A program made the position numbers and the translations under genes. Below are positions 11,880 through 25,090 of a stretch of 64,000 nucleotides of DNA, piece after piece. Numbering within the stretch: position 1 is the stretch's first letter; each line of letters opens with the position of its first letter. The stretch comes from Eutreptiella sp. 'Long Island Sound 2002' (Eukaryota; Protista; Euglenida): assembly GCA_964036045.1 (NCBI GenBank), contig OZ038378.1:12772001-12836000 (forward strand). Reading direction: 5' to 3'. Under the pieces are notes generated by a model. It searched no databases. It was not told the origin of the DNA and was given only the letters and a program-made list of their open reading frames with translations.

Positions 11880-14800
11880 ATAACTAATGACGAATGGGAA
11901 CACTTGCAGGCTATTTCCACACAGCCAACACCCACCCTTTAATGCACTGGGCATGTGCTGCGGTAGGGTTAGTGTGGGTCAAAAAGTGGTAAAAAGCTAT
12001 TTTTCCAAAATTGTTCCCACACCACTTGGGATGCTGATACAACTGGTTTTAGTCCGCGTTTTTTTTAGCTTGATATGACGTACTTTAACACCAAAATTAG
12101 ATCTACAACAGATTACAAATCTCTCGGGGACTACCGGAATTGCACCAACTCGGTGGGTTTTCGGGGTTTGGTGCCATTGTTCCCGAATTTCTGCCAACTA
12201 AGTGTTCCGGAGGTGGGGATATGTGGGGTATATTCGGAAAGCCCTTGAAAAGGGCTATTTGGAACACCTGGGTCTGCATGCTGTACTAACAACATGTTTG
12301 AGATTTTTGTCCGTTTTGGACGATGCCTGTGTTGTTTGCTGCCTCTTTTTGCCACCGGGCAGCTACCATGTCCGTATACAAATTCACCCTACAGGCTGTT
12401 GCTTCCCTTGATGCACCACAAAAGCCTTTGGGGGGCAAAGGGGCTCGCTCTGGGGTGCAGAGTGGGTGCCAATGACTCGGCATTCTGCCAAGCAAGCCAA
12501 GAAACCTCGTACAATCGGTTCACGGCAGGGAAGATTCATGCGATGTCGGGACAAGTTTGCGATTGTCTACTCCTTGACACCAAACGGTCAGCATCTCCAT
12601 CATATTGTGTCGTTGAGGCCTAACTCTTGCTTTTTTCAATTTAGCACATCAAAGTTCATCAATATAGCCTATTTGATTGTGTTGTAAGGTAGCGATATGT
12701 TAGAGCTTCCCCGGGTTCGCGGAAATCTGGGCTGCAGACCTGTGCAAGCTGCGCGGGCAGATCGCTGAAAATCCTAGCAGCGTCCAGCTTCGGCCTCCGA
12801 TTCTGCAAAAATATGGTTTTGGACCCCCCCCGTAACCCATCGAAATTGTGGCGCATTGGACCAAAAGTTTACAAAACCCAGGAAAAGTGCCAAAACCCAC
12901 TGTGTTGGCGCACTATGAATGTCTCCGAGAGAAATAGGTCCTTTTGGACCAAAACAGGGTCCAAAATGAGTCAACCATTTTTCCAAAAGTGATCGTATAT
13001 CCATTGGGATGCCCAAGTAAGAGTTCTTCGCCTATTTTGAGCCCGTGGCAACCTGTTTTGACCCAAAAAAAATCTAAAAAGGCTTTAAACATAGACTAAT
13101 TTGGGACCAAAATAGGGTACAAATGGGGTCCAAAACGCATGTTTGACATCCTTGACACTTTGGGATGTTCAATTAGATGTTTTTAGCCCATTTTGAGCCC
13201 ATGGTTACCCATAAAGGCTTGAAAACTTGCAACTTCATGTCCAACAGGGATTCAAGAATGCCCCAAAAAATGAACCCAGACCAATTGGGATGCTTATGCA
13301 AGTTTTTTTGGCCTATTTGAAGCCCGCATTCATCCTTTTCAACCTTTTGGTCCATGCATTGACGCATTCTAGGTGCACAAATACATTGTAGACGTCGCCA
13401 CATTGGGGATACAAACATAGGCACAGACAAGGATGGAGACCGGGGTGTGGACAAAGTGGTTTGTTGTTTGTGGAGTGCATGCTTCATGGTGTGCAAGGTT
13501 TGGGTCCTCACCGGGCCCCAATATTCAGTCTTGGTGAAGACCTATGGTGGTGCTACCCTTTCCAAGCAGCAACAGCAACAGGAAGCAAGCGTGAAATGGG
13601 AAAACATCATATTTCCATTTTGGTGCTTCAGATTCAACCGAAATTGTGGCGGGTGATACCTATGAGTATGAACACAATCCAAAGAGCTTTAAGCAAGAAA
13701 CTAAATAGTAGAGGGTGACATGAGTGTGGGTGACTAGTTCCAAAAGTCAAGAATGGCCATGCTATTATTTGGTAGTTGATGGTACATAGCATCTATCTGG
13801 TGGGGTCCATTTGCATGGAAACCAACCTGGATGATAGAGAAAAACTTTGGGGCAATTTTGATAGCTTTTGCACCCAACTAGCCTGAGCAACCCCCTTTGG
13901 GGGGGGAGGGGTTCAAAATTGGCCAAAATCAGCTGTAAAAAGTGGCCTTTTATATCTACTTTTTCATACCCCAACGTCCTTTGCTGTGTTTGGCCACCAT
14001 ATATTGCCTTGGGCACCATTGTGGTGATCAAAAACAATGAAATGGGGGCACTTCAGGCTATTTCCACACCGCCAACACCCACCCTTCAATGCCCCAATAT
14101 CACCAAGGAGTGGTGCTACGGTAGCTTTAGCGAGGTTCACCAATGGGTCAACAATGGGACAAAGGTGATTTCCTTTCCAAAATTGTTCTGACACCACTTG
14201 GAGCGCTCAAACAGGTGGTTTCAGCCTGCCCACGGTGGCGCAAAACAAAGTCAAAAAAGGGTCCAAAGCATATTTTGCCAAGCATGAACCAAAATTGGGA
14301 TGCACAAACAAGTATTTTTGACCCATTTTGTGCCCGTGGCGACCCATTTTGGCCTACAAAAAGGTGTAAAAAGGCTTCAAAACGGGCCAGTTGAGGCCCA
14401 ACACAGGGTCCAAACGGATCCACAAGGCAACTGTTCCAAAAATGACTCTAGACCACCTGGGATGTTCAAACAAGTGTTTTAAGCCCGCTTTGAGCACGTG
14501 ATTACCCACTTTTGCCCCTCAAATATCCCAAAGAGCCTTGAAAATGGGACATTTTTGGGATTGAACACGGGTCCAAAAGGGTTCAAACATGCATTTGTCG
14601 AAAAGTGAACCTCGACCACTTGGGATGTTTATGCGAGCATTTCTGGCCTATTTGGTGCCCACATTGATGGTTTTACAACCTTCTGATCCATGCATTGATA
14701 GATCCCGGGCCGCACCCGTGTATTGCAGGCATCTCCACGTTACATGTGGGGACACATACACAGACACGGACAAGGACAAAGGGCACAGACATGGTGAGCG

Positions 14801-14900
14801 GTTTGCTGTCTGTGGTGCATGCTTTACAGTGTGCACCTGTCCTCACCAGCTTGGTCCCAATGTTCAGCGTTGTGTTAGTTTGAGCCTAAGCCCTGTCTAT
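11880..14900. repeat. AT-richer degenerate repeat block with internal duplications
   Basis: Motif ccacttgggatgctcaaacaagtg recurs about 7 times. 11885-12060 resembles 14035-14220, and 13160-13560 resembles 14450-14880. Confidence 0.7.
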
Positions 14901-15461
14901 TTTCCCGTAGGTATGCCATCCCCACCTTTGGGTAACAACGCCTTCAGCAGACACACGCATGCGTGCATGGGGGGAGGAGGAGATGCGGTCCCCCGGTAGG
15001 GCGCACCCGCGGCACATCCCCATGGTGCCCGCCGGCCCTCATCGGTCTGGCCGGCGACCGAGAGGGGGGTTCTGTCCCAACCCGTCCGGCTAAGCATCAT
15101 GGCGGCGGCTCTCCTCTTCGTCTCCTCCCCTTGTCCCCTGGCCCGCACAACGTGCATGCTCTCCCGCCCTACACGTTGCTGGATCCCCCCAGGGGCACGG
15201 AATGGGGGGCGACGCGGAGCGCCGGCTCCACTTCTGGCACGGTCCACCCCCCCCCCAAGGGAAGGGGGACGCAGTCTCACGGGTGTGGGCCCTTAGCCCG
15301 CCAGGCACTACCGACTGGGCGGCGTTTGGCTGGCAGGTCTCGGGGGCTTGGTCCGTGGCCTAGTCCCCCCCCTCCCCAGGCACACGGCACTTCTGCCGAA
15401 GGTGTCCGTGCGCGGAGCCATCCTCTACATCCCTCCGGCCACGCCCACGTGTCCCCCCAAA

Positions 15462-15746
15462 ACCCCCACAGGGCGCCCCTATCCCTCCCCGGCCCAGGCA
15501 GGACCGGAGGGACTCGGGTGTATCCGCCGCTGTGTGGGGGTGGGTGGTGTGGTGTCCCCTCATAACCCCCACGGGGCGTCCCTATCCCTCCCCGGCCCAG
15601 GCAGGACCGGAGGGACTCGGGTGCATCCGCCGCTGTGTGGGGGTGGGTGGTGTGGTGTCCCCTCATAACCCCCACGGGGGGTCCCTATCCCTCCCCGGCC
15701 TAGGCAGGACCGGAGGGACTCGGGTGTATCCGCCGCTGTGTGGGGG
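15462..15746. repeat. Tandem repeat, 103-bp unit x about 2.7, within a GC-rich element
   Basis: atccctccccgg starts at 15481, 15584 and 15687. Confidence 0.9.
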
Positions 15747-18047
15747 CGTCCCTCCGCGGCACAGGCTCAGGGGGGCCTCCCCTTAGTTCACCCCACACGC
15801 TACCTACATCCGACCTGTAACCGGGGGGCCTCCCCTTATTTCAAGGCAATTCATGGGGAGTCCGACTGCCGGAGCTGCAGGCAGGTGCCATTTACCCGGC
15901 GCAGTGAGCACCGTAACGGCGGGCGCCGGCCCTTTCCTCCGCCCCGGCGCCGTCTCCCCTTCACTCCACCGTCTCCCAGCTCCCGTGGGCCCGACCGGGC
16001 AACGCGGAGGCTTCGGTAGCCCCCATGTCCAAAAGCTCGATCCCCCAACCCGTGATGCACCTGTGCAGAACACGCGGAGTGCATGGGCTGGTGCAAGGGG
16101 GGAAACTCAAGCCCTGGGGTGGGCTGGGCCACAGGGAGACCCGGAAACCCTCGCTAACCGCCACCCCCCGGTGGAGCCCGCCCTGTACCATCGTGGCTCC
16201 CCCACGGTGGTCGGCGGGGGATGGGGCGCGTGATCCCGCGACCCAGCCGCCGTGGCTGGACTGGGCCGCCCCCCAGATTGCGTGTTAGCCCAGGGGTGTC
16301 CCCCCCCTGGTTTCATCCCCACACCACGGTGAGGTCACGCGCCCCTGGGCGGCCGTGGGGGTACGTGCATGCACACACAGCCACTCACATCCAACAAATG
16401 TGCATGCATCCCCCTTCAACTTGCACAAACACACGCATGCTTGCTGAACCCCCACCCCCTCCAGCCACACACACACACACATGTGTGCAAGCACACATGT
16501 AGTGCAGCTCACGATCACGCACACGCCCGCCCACCTGCCCACACAAACCAAGAGCGGACAAACAAGGAAACACAGCGGTTGTCTGAGTGAATTTTGCCTC
16601 CCCAGGCCGCAAACAAAAAATATTGCGCCCCTGGGAATCAACCTGTCCTAGGCTTACCCTTCATCGGTCGGAGTGGGGATGAGGGGGGTGGGGGCAACGG
16701 GCCTTGCTCTTTGGGGACCAAGCTTCATCAACAACAGATTTTCTGATGGCACTGCAGAGGCAAAAGATGTGGATTCTAGTGTTGCACCCCAGAGAACAGA
16801 CATCAACACACATTTGAACGGCGACAGAAGCAAACGTGAATGTCATTCCACACAGAAGAAATTCCATGTACTTTTAGGCAAGGCAGCTTACTCGGAATCC
16901 AAATCAGCGGATGGGCGAACACAGAATCCCAAAGGTGATGATGAAGATGACGAAGAGGAATCTGACGCAGCACTATATTTTTTGCAGTTACAGGACTCAG
17001 ACACTGGGGACAGGGGAGGGAGAGGCTGTGGCCCCAGGGCGTGACCCTCCTCCTTCAACCTTTTCCAGTAAACGACAAGCCATCCCTTTCCCGCTTTTGG
17101 GTGGCCCCGTTACATGCCCAAAAAATTGAAACACCGACCTCCCCTTCAGCAGTACCATTGGGTTTGGAGCGACAACGCCAATGCATCAGCTCCAAGTCTA
17201 CATCAGTGGAAGGGCAGCACCGGCCGTAAGCCCAGCCACCAATGCCACCAGCATCAATATCGCCGCCCTGCACACTCATGATGCCAAGCTCGACATGCAA
17301 ACACCTACCGTTACATAGCCTTTTCTTTGGAATGCTGCACTGGTGCTGGGGCCCCGTTTGGTGACTCGGTGCTCGCAAACCTGAGAGGACGACGTAACAC
17401 TACGCTGATGCCAAATGGACACACATGCGTTTTCAAAGCACCACAATGGGTGAGAAAGCAGGCAAAGCAAGTGCAACAGGGCAGTGTCCCGCACTGCTAT
17501 GCTGTGCTGTGCTACAATCTTCTGCAGTGTGTTGTGTGCTAGGTGGATGCTGCTTGCTTTTGTTTGTGGGGCCTTTTGTTCCGATATGCTGTGGTGTGCC
17601 ATGCTGTACTGAATTGTCATGTGCGGGGTTTTCCCCCACTGTGTTGTGCCGTGGCACGATGTGTTCGGCTGGCCAGTGTCCTGTGCTGTTCCGTGCTGTG
17701 CTGTGCTATATCAATGGCAGACAGCGAAACCGTTAATGATAATACAGTCCGACAAAATTGCAGCAATGGGTGGTTTTGTGTTTGTGTTTGTGACACTTTT
17801 GGACAGACTTCAGCCTTTTGGTGTTGAGCATACACAACAAATGCACAACACATGCACAAATGCTCAACAAATTATGCCAAGGTGTATGTGCTTCACACTG
17901 CACTGTCTGCAATTTGAGGTGCAGGTGTGGCACGGCAAAAGGCCAAAGGCTGCAGCACACGGCCAAACGGCGTTTTGTCCTGTTTTTCGGTACATGGTTC
18001 ATGCGCAAATGTGTTTTTTGCGGTTTTGGATGACTACTACCGATTTC

Positions 18048-18335
18048 TGGAGGGTTGTTGATGACTGTTGTCAAAGATTGGAGGGTTCAAGAGAAGTGAT
18101 GCTTGTCCTTGTGGGGTTTCAACAATTACTCTTCACTCTTGGAGAGTTCAGGGTGATTGCTGTTTATCTATGGAGGGGTGTGGACAAAAGCTATTTGTTA
18201 TTGAAGAGTTCTTGATGACTAATCTTTGTTCTTGAAGGGGTTTGGACAATCGCTGTTTGTTCCTACAGGGTTGCGGTTGCGGGTGACTATTGTTCATTCT
18301 TGGAGGGTGGTGGATACTTGTTGTGAATTCTTGAG
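18048..18335. repeat. Highly diverged 31-bp minisatellite x about 9
   Basis: tggagggtt-like heads recur every 31 nt (one 30-nt and one 37-nt unit). Confidence 0.7.
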
Positions 18336-19395
18336 GCGTGCTACTAGTACCAACAAGCCACTAACAAGGCAGTTTTGTTGACAGGTAGGTGCAGCATGAA
18401 TGGCAGGTCATCTTCTCATGCTCGTGCTTCAGCCAACATCATGCAATGCACCACCTCTCAAAAAAATTTCGTTCATAGCATGGCGATTTTGTGGCACAAG
18501 CTGTTGGAGCTTGCAGGACAAAAAAGAACCCCCAGAAGCAAAACACCAATGCTACATTTGTAGTTAGTGTACAACTCTTCGATCCTTTAGAGCCATTGTA
18601 GGTATTGGAACCCCTAAAGTAGCTGCAAAAACATAGGACATGAAGGGTGGTTGCACAGGGTGCCGCGCAAAATGCACATTTTTTCAGGGTCCAAATTGGC
18701 GGGTGTCGCAAATAGGTGTCAAATAGGTGTCACAAATCCTGCACAACAGCTCGCTGTGGCGGTCGAAACATGGATGGAGTTCCTATCCTAAGGCTGCTTA
18801 CTTGGCTCACCAAGGACCAGGGAGGAATTGCTGGAACATTGGCCATTGAGTCTGTGTTTGTGAAGCAACAGCCATCCTTTGTGCCATTACAACCTGCCTT
18901 ATGGAGCATTTCCTCGTTCATACCCCCCCCCCCCCATGGGGAGCTTCTTGCCTTTTGGAGGGCAAGGGCATGGAAGGCCGCCCCCACAAAAAACTCTTCC
19001 CCGTACCAATATACCCGGCACTCCTGACGAAACCAATTTGACCTTGATTGCAAGACAGCTCCTTGAAATGACTGCCCTGACACGCTAATTTGTGTGGTAA
19101 CTTTTGTTTCTGCTGCTTATAACCGGTTTAAAGAGTTCGGAGCCTCTCAAATTTGACTTTTTGGCAGCTAGCATCCAACAATTCTAGGTAAGCTAGGGAT
19201 GCAATTTGAAGCTGCACCAGCGAAGGTCATATACCCAAAAAGACTATAGATAAGCCACAAGCCTCAATTCCAAAGAAATTATACTGCCGGATTAATTATT
19301 CAAGAGCACAGGCGACAACCAGGGCAAAAACAAGTTAAACTACTAATGCATGTAAGGAACTGGGGGGGCATCGCATAAGTCTTTTGCTCATTGCC

Positions 19396-19440
19396 AGGCT
19401 TTTCTTTTGATGGCGCAAGGCACCATCAAAAGAAAAGCCT
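19396..19440. repeat. Perfect 18-bp inverted repeat with a 9-nt loop
   Basis: AGGCTTTTCTTTTGATGG-cgcaaggca-CCATCAAAAGAAAAGCCT. Confidence 0.95.
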
Positions 19441-19874
19441 TGGTGCGTTACAAGAATTATGTTGCTACTTTATGCGCACCATCTACATGAAAAATGGAGG
19501 CTAGAGGTGACAAGTAAGGGAGAAAACAGTTCATTCTCAGTAAGATTAATGGGAAGAGTTGCCCCAATTGCTTGGGTATCATCCATAAGAGCTGGCAGAA
19601 GGCGCGTGTATTCCCCTAGATTGGCCAAACTGACCAAAATAGTCAAATTTGTTGGATTCATAATTTGGCCCTACCGTGTCGAATTTTGATGAACCATAAA
19701 GTATTTTGGATCATTTTCTAATGTATTTTCAAGCGAAAGCGTTGATTGCTCTGCACCGACAATTCCAAGATCGCTGCGAGACAAGTGCTGAAATGAATTT
19801 ATCGTAAAAAACCGATTCAGCAGCATTATAGATTTTAAAAATCAGGTCTCGGATCGAATTTTTGTGCCCTATGG

Positions 19875-20418
19875 CAGGGGGGGGGGGGAAATTGCGGTCT
19901 TGGGGGGTCAAATCCAATTGCGAAAAATTGCGGGAAAATTGCGGAAAATTGCGGAAAATTGCGGGAAAATTGCGGAAAAATTGCGGTGTCGTAAGCGGCC
20001 CTCCTGAACCCTCAAGGTGCTACAGCTCTGGACAGGTGGCTCAGAATTCTCAGAATTTCACTGAAACAAATAGTCCATGGACAGTACAATTACAGGAGGC
20101 GCCCCTCGATATCACCGTGGAATTGCAGCATGAACCGAAGGCGGCGGATGTTGTCATCCAATTTGTGCTGCCGCTTTGAAACTGTCCCACACTGTGAGAA
20201 AAAGCAAACATGCAAACATGAAGGCATAGTAAAAAAATGTTTTTCTCACTGTTCTGCACCAGCGTGGGGAGGCAGTCAGAAAATCGGGAAGTGAGAAAAA
20301 TTGCGGAAAAATTGCGGAAAATTGCGAAAAATTGCGAAAAATTGCGGAAAATTGCGAAAAATTGCGAAATTGCGGAAAATTGCGAAAAATTGCGGACCTC
20401 AATTTCCCCCCCCCCCTG
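19875..20418. mobile_element. 544-bp MITE, hAT-like CAGGG termini, 7-bp TSD CCTATGG
   Basis: TIRs CAG(G)11-12AAATTG(C/A)GGTC. Direct repeat cctatgg at 19868-19874 and 20419-20425. Tandem AAAATTGCG(G) arrays near both ends. Confidence 0.8.
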
Positions 20419-22644
20419 CCTATGGCTGTTTTTCAGATTTGGACGGGCGCTCTTTGGAGCTTTCGCTGACATATTGCAAATAGTCCTTCTCCAAACATGT
20501 TCATCGCACTTGCCCAGAATTTGGTGACCGCACCATACACATCACGCCACCGAATTCGTCCTCAAGCGTACTATCTGTCCCAAGCCTCAGTATGCCCCCA
20601 GTCCCTTCTCCACCCCCTTTGCCGGCTCTTGTGTAGCCCCCCTCCGCTTGTTCCACAGCGTGACTCTGCAGTCCTTCAGGTAGCAGACCACGGCAGAGAC
20701 ACTCGGGTGTCTGGGCCAAGTAGCACCCTGAACATGTTGCATCGACCACACAAGAAGCATGCAAAGAAGCAGCAAACTGCAAAAATAGTTGTAATGCTTT
20801 GCCCACTGCCCGACCATCGAAACAACACATCCCAAAAATAAAATGGCCATGGCCTAAAACTTCAGCATGTGCAAACTTGGGGTCTAAACAAATTCACATA
20901 CATATTACCAGGGTACACGCAAGATGCAGCCACAACCCCAAACCCCCCCTAAAAAAATAAAAACTAAAACCCTGGAACAACCAAAAAAAATGGACACGCG
21001 ACTTTTTGCTGCTTGTGAATGGTGAATAGAATGTCAAATGACACTCCCTTGGTCTCACGTTGAATGACCGGCCGTCATGCAAGCCATTGAGCTTTGCAAC
21101 GCTGGCCCGCGGCTGCTGCAAGTGTTGTAGCTTGGCACCCTGGGACTGAAGGCCTCAGAGAAACGACAAACACGCTTCCAGGGAGGGGACGCAGCACCTG
21201 AGCCTTACACACCAAACCCAGCACCGAGTCGATTCAGCTGATTGAAAATAAAGCAAGAAGGTATATCCACGTGGCCATACATCACCGACCTTCTAACTAA
21301 GCTTGTGGGTGCTGATTGGCGACTTCAACATGTTGAGGCGCTCAGACTACTCTTGTACTGAGGATAAAACTGTTCTTGGCCAGCATCAGTGAACATTGGT
21401 CTGCTCAAATCGTTCCTAAAGGTGATCTAGAGCTACCAGAGCGAGACTCAGGATATGAGGACCTGCGTGGAGGGCACTGTTCTGTGTTTTGCAGTGTTGT
21501 GTGGGACAGAAACACAGAGACTGGATTAATTAGTGCATGGCGTGAGTGCAAACGACAGGGTGGAATGGCGCATCCATTCGGGGCGTGTCAGGTGGATGAT
21601 GGCGAGTCAGACAGTGGTGCGCAACACTCCGCATCACACTGTAACACATGCCTCGCAACACAGCACAGCACAGCACAGCACAAGTCGATCTCATCGTTGC
21701 GTTGTCTCGCTTTGTACACACCCTTCTCCCGCTCCGGATTCCTCGCAGTAGAGGATGGTTGCCATGACAGCTGGGGCGCACCATGCGGGGTGTGGGTGCG
21801 GCGCACACCTTCTGCTTGGTGACAGCACTCTTCAACTCCTCTTGGTCGTATTGCAAGTGCTGCAGATTGGGTTCACCACACTCAGGGAACTTCGGTGCGG
21901 ATAGGACAGTAGTCGCACGCTGCCTCCCAGTGACCTACAGACCAAACCAAAGTGCACGAGGGAAGGGAAAAGCGCGGGGCGAAGCAACGTCACCTCAGCA
22001 CATGGGAAGGTGAAGGGTACCAACGCCTTTACGCCACTCCGCATGCCACTACGCATGTGCCGTCACTTCGGAGCACTGCTGCCGGTCAACGCCAGAAACT
22101 TGGGGGTTTTGCAGCGGTGAAACTGAAATTCATTCATTTGGTGCAGGATTCATTGACCAAAGTGCTCACCAAAGCTCTTGCAGACTGCCTCAACATGCCA
22201 TTCGTGGAAATCCAAATTGACAACATGCAAACCAGCGTGTCACCAAGGCCCGGACTGAACACAGTAGCACATAGTGTACACAGTGGACACCCTTCCCTTC
22301 CTGGAGGTTAAATCTATATGGACAATGTCATGGTGCTTGTTGCCATCGAGTGCAGTGATCCGGTGGGACGGTTGGTGACAATATTGGCGCTGTGTTCAGG
22401 CCTAGTGGCCCGGGCACTCCACAACATGAAGTCCCACCAGGAAGCCGAATGACAGGCAGTGCCCAGAGCGGTGCCCTGAGCCAACCTTGACTGATCGCTG
22501 TGGAGACCTGCGGTACACCGACAGGAGCCGGGGTGCGAGGGGCTGCGTGTGGTAGGCAGACAAACCCAGGGCTACGGCTCATGCCGTCCCTTCATATGGC
22601 TATGCCGTCCCGACCTAAGCCTCCTGGCACCAGCGCGTGCAGTG

Positions 22645-22675
<31 letters not shown>

Positions 22676-22684
22676 AGAGAGAGA

Positions 22685-22884
22685 NNNNNNNNNNNNNNNN
22701 NNNNNNNNNNNNNNNNNNNNNNNNNNNNNNNNNNNNNNNNNNNNNNNNNNNNNNNNNNNNNNNNNNNNNNNNNNNNNNNNNNNNNNNNNNNNNNNNNNNN
22801 NNNNNNNNNNNNNNNNNNNNNNNNNNNNNNNNNNNNNNNNNNNNNNNNNNNNNNNNNNNNNNNNNNNNNNNNNNNNNNNNNNNN
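22685..22884. other. Assembly gap (200 N) preceded by a (CA)n(GA)n microsatellite
   Basis: Exactly 200 Ns, a fixed-size scaffolding gap. Contiguity across it is not established. Confidence 0.98.
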
Positions 22885-24904
22885 ACCCTGCTGAGACAGC
22901 ACCAGCATACCTGTTCCACCATGCTCTTTGCAGCACCGATACGCTCCTGGATGTCGCTCAGCCTGTCATGTGTGAGGACATGGGGGCCCGCATACGAGCT
23001 GTGGGCATGCAGAGTGATGGTGCACCCGCCACTATCCAGCCAATCAGGTCTTCTTGACCTTCTTGTCATTCATGACATGGCAGAGCATCCCAGGGATGCA
23101 GACATCACGCAGCTTATCTAATAATGCACTCGCCCAAGGTACCGGCGGTACCGGAAGCAGGCAACAAGCCGTGCTGAAACCTCCTGTGCTCACCAATCAC
23201 AAGACGTGGCAAAGGGCAATGTCTTTTCCGAACAACAGCATCGGCGTAGGTATTCTGGGGTTTGGCATGGCTTGCCTATTGGAAATGGGATTTTGCTGTA
23301 CCGTTTGGACTGCGATGAAAGGGACTGGCGTTGATTTCACGTGCTTGGATCGTTCCAGGCCATGACCCGTCTGAATTGCCTGATGCCAATTTGTTAACTT
23401 GCAGTGCTTTATGACACCACATACCCAACAGGTCGGAGGTACCCGAAAACCCACCCACCTCCTAGGGCCCCTTTTTTCCGAGGACCCCCACAAAACTTGG
23501 CACTCCAAACATAGGCCCCCGTCCCCAACACAAATTTTACCAGATGCTTCCACGGGAGAAAGAGACGGAGAAGAGAGGAGAGAGAGAGAGAGAGAGCCCG
23601 TTTGGAAAATGGATGGGACTGTGGTGTTGAAAAAAAAAAAGTGGATCCCAGTCCGCATCGTTTTGCAGATGAAGGCTGAGACCTTGCTGACTCGACCATT
23701 GGTCCGCCGTGGGAAAAGAAAAATGAGGTTAAAAGAAGACCTCTTAATATTGAAACATCAAATCATAGAGAGGGAGACTTGTTAACCAGAAATATTAACC
23801 AGAAGTGGCCACAGACAGCGTGACACTGCTCACAGAATTCCATTTGTTTGGGCTGTGTTGTGGCCCATAACCAAAAGGCTCCCGAATGTCGGCTGTTGTG
23901 GAAGGCAACCACTGCCCGACAGCTGGTCTACCTTCATCGCACACTGACACGAATGTGGTGCATGAGGCGGAGGACTAGAGATGATGCGTACCTTTCTCTT
24001 TGAGATGACACCTGCTGCAGGATTTTATCGAATATTTGATTCGCCGTGGTATCCAGCCCCGACAAGCTCTCAATCATCTTGTCCATCCCCTGAGCAACAG
24101 AAGGGTAGTGGCCTCGGACGCCACGGGAACGGCGGTCATTGGGGGAAGAACAGATCGGTAAGATTCCTTCGTCCAAAATTTTCGAGCAGTCCTGTGGTTT
24201 GAAGTCCACGTCTGTGTCATTGATCTGCCAGCAACTTGCCCCACCCCCCACCCACCCTTTCGTTCAATGTGCGCCAAAGTCTCAACCTAATACGTTCCGT
24301 ACGCCTACCGAACCAAAGCCAAAGCCGCGTGAAGGAGAGCATACAAAACGTTGTTGTCGTTGTTTTCCATTTCACCCAAAGGCGTCTGCCCGTGAGGTCC
24401 CGCCAAAGTCTGAATGATGAGGACGAGCCAAGTATCCGACCGCCTCCCTAAAAGGAACAAACGGCACCTGTGCATCACTATTCGTCCAGACCATGGGGAT
24501 GGCATAGGGCTGCGTGGGCTTCAAATACGGAGCCATTATGTGGTGCTAGAAAAGACAAGGCAGCTGAGCGCCGCCTTAAGTCGAATCCGGTGTCTGCAAT
24601 AGGAGTTGGTGAGACGACGAGTTGGAGAACTGCCTGAGTAGCGCTGTCCCAAACAGCGTCGGAACAGCGCAGGAGCTACATGCGGAAAAGCGCGCATATG
24701 ACAGCTGACGGGCGCGCCTGCGCTGTGCGTGCACTAACGCACAGCACTGAAGCTATCGGGTGTGGCACCACAAACACATCACCAGAGGTGTGGGCGGTGG
24801 GGGACGCTCGACAATGCGGACCTGGGCACCTGGGCACCGAAGCAAGACGGCAACATAAACATGTGCGGCGATGCTTTCATTGGGCGCCTGCCCAGGCCTT
24901 TGCT

Positions 24905-25090
24905 TAATGACACGAGGGGGGGGGGGGGTAAAGCGGCCCCCCGGGACTTTGGCTGACCCACCTGCCCACCCAAATCAGAATATTTTTCCTCAGGGAAAAA
25001 ATGAAATTCATCAAAGGGGCCCACAGTTGGAGGTCGATTCTATGTACACAAACTTTTTTTGGGCCCCTGCCCCCCCTTCCCCCCCGGCAT
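24905..25090. mobile_element. G/C-run bounded MITE-like repeat
   Basis: G-run start, cccacctgcccaccc motif and C-run end, similar in style to the hAT subtermini. TSD not found. Confidence 0.35.

Noticed and set aside
22500-23121. ORFs spanning the N run
   Set aside because: They are artefacts of translating through the 200-N gap.
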